From contig OZ249436.1 of NCBI GenBank assembly GCA_965235115.1, positions 44,146,001-44,210,000 of the forward strand: a stretch of DNA of 64,000 nt, read 5' to 3'. The notes below the pieces were generated by a model. It was not told the DNA's origin, ran no database searches, and saw only the letters and a program-made list of their open reading frames with translations. This document shows positions 54,501-63,500 of the stretch, one piece after another. Source of the stretch: Laetmonice hystrix. Taxonomy: Eukaryota. Numbering within the stretch: position 1 is the first letter of the stretch; each line of letters begins with the position of its first letter. The position numbers were made by a program, and so were the translations under genes.

Positions 54501-57500
54501 CGACATCTATCAGTCGGTTACCGAGCGCGATATATTTGGTGGTGTTCGGCCATTCCGGCAAACCTTGTAGTATCCCGTCCATGATGGAAACTACAGCGGC
54601 GACTTGGCTGGAGATACACACCATTGGTCATCATAAATAATGGAAACTTAGGTCGAACTGGTTCAGTTATAACTAATAAATCTACGGCGGCGACTTGGCT
54701 GGAGATACACACCATAGGTGATAATAAATAATGGAAACTTAGGCCGAACTGGTTCAGTTATAACTAATAAATCTACGGCGACGACTTGGCTGGAGATACA
54801 CACCATTGGTGATCATAAATAATGGAAACTTAGGCCGAACTGGTTCAGTTATAACCAACAAATCTACGGCGACGACTTTTGTAACCATTGGTGATCATAA
54901 ATAATGGAAACTTAGGCCGAACTTGTTCAGTTATAACCAATAAATCTACGGCGGCGACTTGGCTGGAGATACACACCATTGGTGATCATAAATAATGGAA
55001 ACTTAGGCCGAACTTGTTCAGTTATAACCAATAAATGACATGGTAATCTTAGGCTTCCAATGATCTAAGTTATCCAACTTAGCGTACCCACTAAGCTTAC
55101 CTAACAGTGACGAGTTTTATTAATTAGTTCATTATCTAATCTGTTACAAACGTTTCTTTCCCTATGTCACCCCACCCCGTACCCTGTCACCCCACCCCGT
55201 ACCCTGTCACCCCACCCTGTACCCTGTCACCCCACCCTGTACCCTGTCACCCCACCAGTACCCTGTCACCCCACCCTGTACCCTGTCACCCCACCCCGTA
55301 CCCTGTCACCCTACCCTGTACCATGTTACCCCACCCTGTACCCTGTCACCCCACCCCGTACCCTGTCACCCCACCCTGTACCCTGTCACCCCACCCCGTA
55401 CCCTGTAACCCCACCCTGTACCCTGTCACCCCACCCCGTACCCTGTCACCCTACCCTGTACCCTGTCACCCCACCCCGTACCCTGTCACCCCACCCTGTA
55501 CCCTGTCACCCCACCCCGTACCCTGTCACCCCCCCCTGTACCCTGTCACCCCACCCCGTACCCTGTCACCCCACCCTGTACCCTGTCACCCCACCCTGTA
55601 CCCTGTCACCCCACCAGTACCCTGTCACCCCACTCCTCACCCTGACACCAACCTGCGGGTGAGGGTACCATTTGTAACCCCCAGCAGCGCCCCTGCCGCC
55701 CAGCTCCCCCCGTCCATGACCTGACGGACGTTGTTCGGGTTGAGTCCGGTCAGTACCGGCCCGAGGGTTGGAGCGATGTCTTCAAACCGAGTAACAAACT
55801 CTTCCCCAGTCTTCAGGATCTCAGTCCAGTCCACCCCGGGGTCGGCTGAACTGTGCAGGACAGCCACCTGAAACAAATTGATAAAAATATATCTGACGTT
55901 TAGATCTATAGTGATACTACTACAAGTTCCATAATCACTCTCAAACACGCCACTAGACGTCATTTCAGTCTGTTTGCAAAAATTAAAGAGAAACAAAAAT
56001 CTGCGGCAAGACCCACCAGAGGGTATAACGCAATATAAAGTATATAAAACCCCCACATTTACCCCCAATTCGACATGGACCCATCCATATTTATGTCACT
56101 CTTATTCAAAAAGTGGTCAACAATATTAAGTATAGATATAAAATGTGCAGTCTCACCCCCTCGAAGACGTCATCCAGTGAGAGAGTAGTATCTAATTGAG
56201 CCGTCAATCTGGCCGGATCCATGCGGCACAAAGCCCGGCTAAACTCCCGGATGTAGAGGTCGTCCAGGCTGGACTGACCAACCAGAACCTTTGTTACGGT
56301 CTCATTACGGCACAGCAGTTCCCGGATGTCTCCGTCCCTACCGACCGCCTGGAGGAGTTGCGATAGCTGGGAAGGATTTCAATAGTTCTATAGCCATCAA
56401 CCAACAGTAGACCTACCGCGCATATATAATAATATACAGACTAGATTTAGATTAATTAGAGACCCTAACCATTATTAGATAAGTTAGGGTCACTGCTGAC
56501 GGGGGGAGTAGGACCCCCTCCCCCTCAAAACAAAAACAAAAAAACTTTTAGTGGCGGCCTAAAAATATCAAAGGCCCCTTGAAATTAGGCCTAGGCCTAC
56601 ATCGATATTGGGAGAAAAGGTTTAACACCTGGGTTGCCCCCTCCCCTACTTTGAAATAGGCAGCGACGCTCCTCTAAGTAGCCCCCCCCCCCTTATATAA
56701 AGTTACATACCTCTGTGACATTGACCCTGGCGTTCATCAGTGCCCTGGCTACGTCAGTAGAAACGTTGAGCGCCTTTGTGACGTCATAAATAATAGATAT
56801 CTGTGTGCCCAGTACCTCTCGCAGGAGAACAGTGGCGTCTGAAGAACAGAAGGTGTTCATAAGTAATACGTTTGATTGAAAATTAAACGAATTCACCTTG
56901 TGAATTACATCTGTATCCAGAAGGTCACCTTTTTGTATGGGAGCTTTATCAAACTCTAAACTTATTCCTGACACATTGTGTCAACGAACGGGTCAGAGGT
57001 CACAGCCCACCTCTGTTCTAAATACCATTTGGTGTCCCCCGCTGTGAAAGTTTGGTTGGTAGATTTGCACACCCTAAACTTTCTTGTATGTGAGATCTCT
57101 CCTCAACCCCAACTTCCTATCGACCTCCCTGTCCTCTTTGAGATCTGCGTTGTAATCCCGGCTTTGGGTATCCCATCTGCGTCCAAAGAAACTTCCACGA
57201 CTTCTGTTGTTGAAGGTGGGATTTCTGTTGTAGGGAGTCTTCTGTGGGAAATTTTTCCCTGGATTGAACTGTGTCAGGGATTTACTTTTTGCCTTGTCCA
57301 TCTGTGCCGTTATCTTCTCCGATTCAGACATTTTTTTTCATGTTCAGTCACATTCCCAAAGTGACTGTTAGCACTTGTCCGCGGCCAGAAACCTGAAGTC
57401 TTCTGGAAGTTTACTTTTCAGCGACGCCCTTCTCTTGTCCGTTAGGTCCGTTCTGAAAACATGGTCTAACCCAGCTAGCGTCTCTGTGAGACACTCCATG

Positions 57501-60500
57501 CCCCCCGTCACGTCATAAATCTGCTTATTAAAAACCATCACTGCCAGCGCTTCTTGGCTCGTACACATTTTCTTTTTAATCGGAAATATACCTCATGTAC
57601 TCAGCTACAAGAGTTAGACCTATTTAGGGTATTGTTTCTGTCATGGAGAATTCCTGCACACTAACCTCCCCTACCTGAACCAACTTGGGTTTAGTGGGGT
57701 CAGCTGCCTTAGGCTGGGTAGAGGCACTAGAGAGGTAGGCAAGTACTGCGCTCCAAGAGTTAGGCCTATTTATTGTTTCCGTCATGGGGAATGTCTAGCA
57801 ACAGCATTGGACGCTGGTTGTCACAAAACACTGAATACGCGACCAAAAGGAGCAGGCTAGGGTTACAGAATGTCACATATCATAGAGTTATTAACAGATG
57901 ACTCAAGATTGGGTTAGTCTGCTGTGATCATACCTACACTGTAAAAAAATATTCGTAGAATAACAGACAAAATTTACAGATTTATTTGGTGTAAATTTAT
58001 TTTACACTAGAGTTACCTGTAAAATAATACATTAATCTTTACATAAATGCCATAAAATTACAAATGTTTCTGTCAAATTTACGTATTTTGCCTGTTTAAT
58101 TACAGTTATTATAACTGGCAGTTGGGACGCCAGTGACATTAACTGTAAAAATACGTGGCAGTTTTTTACAGTATAGTTTGACAGAGACCAGAAGATGTCT
58201 GAATCATGCATGACGAATACATTACAATATAGTCCACACAACCTTCTACAATACAAAAGCTCTTTTACTATACGTTGTGCAGACACGGTTTCAAGTTACA
58301 AATAATACGTATATTTATGAAAGGCAGACTAAACCACAATATTACTTTTACAATTTATATTTATATTTTCTCCATGTCCAATAACCTTCAATAGACAACG
58401 CCGACAACCTAAGGGGGGGGGGCAAGATCCCCCCACCTAGACATACAAAATTGCTGACCTGGATACAGACCTTCAGTTTATAACTGTTGATTCTCGCTGA
58501 CATTCATTTGTTGTCAGTGTTTGAGAACGAGGAATGTATTGATTTAGACGCTGTTTTTGAACAGGAAAATAATCGCTGGAAAACTGAAGTTGTTAATATT
58601 CCCAAACTGAGAACCTACTGTAAATTTAAAGAGAATTATGACGTGGAGCCTCATGTTTCATTAGTGGTGAATAGATGACATCTTTACTAGCTCCATTTCG
58701 CTCTGGCATTTACCGTTAAGGATTGAAACTGGGAGATACTAAAACCTAACCTGTTGAATATAGAATAGGTATGTCACTATTATGAAGACCTGAGGACAGA
58801 GGTTTTTTTTATCAAATCCTTCATGTAGCCTATGTTTGTGATAAGCTGAGGATATTAATAGACTGCAAAGTGGTAAGACTGACTGCTGGTTACATGGATT
58901 GCATACATGGAAATACGACAAGCCATGTACAACAAATGTACATGATAACATAAGCAACTACCTGTTCATGATTCAGGTTTATTTACTGTTCAGACAGAGA
59001 CCTGTAAGTCCAGGAGGGCTGGGTGTGAGTTGCACTGGTTTGTATGTAGTATTATAGTGCAGCACACACTTCTCTGAAATAATTCTATCTATAACTACCG
59101 GCGGTGTTTATCTTATGAACCTCAATGTCAACTTTGTTAAGTCCTGGTTATATCACAGCTAGATCCCCCTCAAAGGACTAGCCGCAGATGTGTTGATTGA
59201 CAGGTGTACGTAGTAGAATTTCAATACAGCTGCAAGGTGATACGTCATCAAGACTCACTCCCGCCCCAACCAGTACATGATCGTGCACCAGTTGGTAATA
59301 AATGTACTACATTGTATGAACAGTAAATAAACATGAATTATGAACAGGTAGTTGCTTATGTTATCATGTACATGGCTTGTCCTCTTTTCATGTATGCATT
59401 CCATGTAACCAGCAGTCAGTCTTACCAATTTACAGTCTATTAACATCAGACGTCAGCTACGTGCGTTTCAATAAAGGCCAAAGATATCTTTGAAAACCTC
59501 ACTGGAGCCAAGCGCGAGGTTTTTATTGAAACACTCGCTCTCTCCCCATCCAGACTGCACTAGCCCAAAAAACATCTTTGGCAAACATATCTTTGGCAAA
59601 GATATCTTTTGATATTAAAACACACTCTGAGCACACGTCCTTGACCTTGCAGTAACTAAACATGGGATAGGTTTGTACACTACCAGGCACCGTGCCACTC
59701 ATAATACCGACTGATTCACCTATGTCCACATAGGGATAGACCCTCTTGGTCAGTGTCCATAGTAACCATATAGGCGGGCCAAGACATGGCGAAACACTGA
59801 CTGGTATTAGTGGATCGTCTTTAGTAACGTCCCAAGGAAGATTTGCCGGGAGGAAGAAAACAATTCTATCACTGCTCCAAGCCTAGAATCTGGCGCTAAG
59901 TCATAGCCCCTGGGCCCGGTTTTTAGTTTGGAAACTGAGTCTTAAAGGGAATAGAAAAGTTCAAACTATCAATATAAGGGTGTTCGGCATGAACAAGCTT
60001 GTTCTTACCTACAATTCTGTGATTATCTGATCTTTAATAAAGGAATAATCAACCAAAATGTAGAGACATTCTCCCGCTGGCTTCGTCGGTTTGTTTACCC
60101 TATTTGGCCCTTATCTCTATCTATTAATAGATATAGCTCCCGCTGTCTCGCGTGGGAAATAGCGAATGACCCGGGCGGTATTTTTAAAAAGTCGCCGTTG
60201 ACAGTGTTCCACTTATCGGTGTGACCTTAGACACTTTATATGGTGTTACTGGTGTTCAGGTACGTTAGTGAGGAACTTTTCTATTCCCTTTAAGATTCAA
60301 ATCTTAAGATTGAATTCTTGTTTCAGAACTTCTGATTGGTCCTTCAAATGAAGTCAGCCAATGAGAGACCATAACACAAGTCAGTCTTAAAATTCCAGTC
60401 TTCAGATTGGTAAAATGACAAACTAAAAACCAGGGCCTGGTCCCCTAGATCTTCTGAACTTTCCCCCCATAACCCTAACATGTTCTGTACTCAGTCACAA

Positions 60501-63500
60501 ACAAATGTTTTTAATGGAGAATAACTGTGATGCTTTTCCTACCTGGTGGCCTAGGGTGCAAACTCTAGAAATAGAGTCTAAACCTTTCCAAGCGTAAACT
60601 ATAACGCTGATCGACATGCTTTCGTTGCGTGCAAGTAACCAAAGTCGCCCCACCCCGTCTCTACCCGCCGCCTGGCCGCGACACCTACGGAAAGATGAGA
60701 CCGCGACACCTACGGAAAGATGAGACCGCGACACCGGCCCCCACGGTTCTCATGATCAACAGCCACCTGTCTGACCCATTTCTCCCGCCTTGACCAAGCA
60801 CGCCGTGACGCTCTGACATGAGACCCCGACACCGGCGGAAAGATGAGACCGCGACACCGGCCCCCACGGTTCTCATGATCAACAGCCACCTGTCTGACCC
60901 ATTTCTCCCGCCTTGACCAAGCACGCCGTGACGCTCTGACATGAGACCCCGACACTGGTGGAAAGATGAGACCGCGACACCTCCGGAAAGATGAGACCGC
61001 GACACCGGCGGAAAGATGAGACCGCGACACCGGCCCCCACGGTTCTCATGATCAACAGCCACCTGTCTGACCCATTTCTCCCGCCTTGATCAAGCACGCC
61101 GTGACGCTCCGACATGAGACCACGACACTGGTGGAAAGATGAGACCGCGACACCTACGGAAAGATGAGACCGCGACACCGGCGGAAAGATGAGACCGCGA
61201 CGTCGGCCCCCACGGTTCTCATGATCAACAGCCACCTGTCTGACCCATTTCTCCCGCCTTGATCAAGCACGCCGTGACGCTCTGACACGAGACCGCGACA
61301 CTGGTGGAAAGATGAGACCGCGACACCGGCCCCCACGGTTCTCATGAGCAAGCACCAAGCACGCCGTGACGCTCCGACATTGTCATTGTGTATTGTTATC
61401 CTTTTTACACGTCCTCAATGTCGGTGTCAGACAGCACGCATGACTCAACACACTTTCCCCTTCGCTCTCTGCCATCAGACCTGCCTATAGTCAGCTCTGT
61501 CAAAGCTGGATAACCACACCGTTATACCACACACTTTTTAGATCACACGCGACAAGTGGAGTTTGTATACTCTGACTTCTGTCTTGTATCGCTACCTTTC
61601 CCGCCCACATAAATTTAACTTTGCTTTTTCACGATTGTACTAGTTTTCTCCTTTTTCTGTTGCTCTTCTTATTCAATTTACGCACCATTTACTATAATTT
61701 CTATTTACTACTGACTATGGAGTTGGTCGACAGGGAACGTGTTGAGATAGGCCTACCATTGAAGAAGAATACCGATGAAAAAGGCACCGATTAACCCGAT
61801 ATCGTGACATCGATAAATCGACGTCAGTGGATTTGCTGTGTTCCCGGATAATTCAGACTGACGGAAAGATGAGACTGCGACACTGGTGGAAAGATGAGAC
61901 TGCGACACCGGCAGAGCAGAGTAGGTCATATTTGAGCTGCGCTAAAAGGGTGGAAACTGTAGGCTAGAGACTATTTCCATCCCATCGGTCCCTGATTAAG
62001 TCCTCAATGTATAACATCAAGGCACGGTCTAACGGTTGGATGTACGCAGCTGTTCAGTGTCAACACACTGTCCCAGACCTGGGCGGCTTGCCCCGTTATA
62101 GGCAAGTCTGTGTACTCAACAATGAAAAAGGTACTGCATGTACATTCTCTATTCAAAACAAAGTCCTATATAACATACATATTCATAGACGGATGGGGGG
62201 GGGGGTCGAACCTCCGACCCCCCCCCCCCCCCCCCGCAACCAACTCCCCCCTCCCAGAAAATTTTACCCATCCCCCTGCCCCCCTCTATTTCCCTGATAT
62301 TTTTGAATATAAAACCTCTGAGTACGTACCTGGAAGTCTCATAGTCCCTCCATTGGCCCAATCTACCACCGTGTGAACGTATCGTAGTGCTAACTTAATC
62401 TCTTCCCACGCCCTGGAGTCTCCGGCCACAGCCGCCAATAACGGATCCAGGTCTTCCATTATTCGGCTTAATCTGAAAAAAGGCAATACGTCTAACTTAA
62501 TTCAGTGCAATAATGTTGAAGATAATATCAGTAAGAAGTCCGCACACCAGGGTACGATGCAATATTCGTTTTGATACATGGTAAAAGACCTTTAACTGTA
62601 GGTCTACAGACACACTGTACGCCTACAGACACACTGTACGCCTACAGACACACTGTACGCCTACAGACACACTGTAAGCCTACAGACACACTAGGCCTAC
62701 AGACACACTGTACGCCTACAGACACACTGTACGCCTACAGACACACTGTACGCCTACAGACACACTGTACGCCTACAGACACACTGTACGCCTACAGACA
62801 CATTGTACGCCTACAGACACACTGTACGCCTACAGACACACTGTACGCCTACAGACACACTGTACGCCTACAGACACACTGTACGCCTACAGACACACTG
62901 TAAGCCTACAGACACACTAGGCCTACAGACATACTGTAGGCCTAAGGTCTAGGCCCGTAGCCCGGCCTTTGATAATCCAGTTGACTCTAACATTTAAGAG
63001 GGAAAGCATGGTTATTTCGATATAATTCATCTTTACAAACGACTGGTAAGTATTGCTGAGATTTCAATATAATTCCTCTTGACAAACGACTGGTAAGTAT
63101 TGCTGAGTGTACGTACGCCGTAACTTGTGCACCCAGTGTGCCATTCAAACTGTTCATGAACCTGGCAACAGACAGCAGCCACGTAGATGTTTTCTTCAAG
63201 TTCTGCAGGCTGTCGTCTGCCATCAGCGCGTTCAGTGACGTCATCCTTGGCAACGTCTCCACCATCAACGCTACGTCCTCGAGAGCAGCCCCCACTTCAT
63301 AGTCACCGGCGAGAGACATGAGGCGAGAACTCTGGCATACAATAATAAACATGAAATGTAAACAACAACACAATCATCTTTGTCCATACAAATTTTAAAA
63401 CATTACAAAGGTCCAGGCAATGGAATATTACTATTCATTATTTAAACCTACGCATTTGGATTTTCTGGGTAGGTGTATGGGTAATCTTTATGAATGAGAG

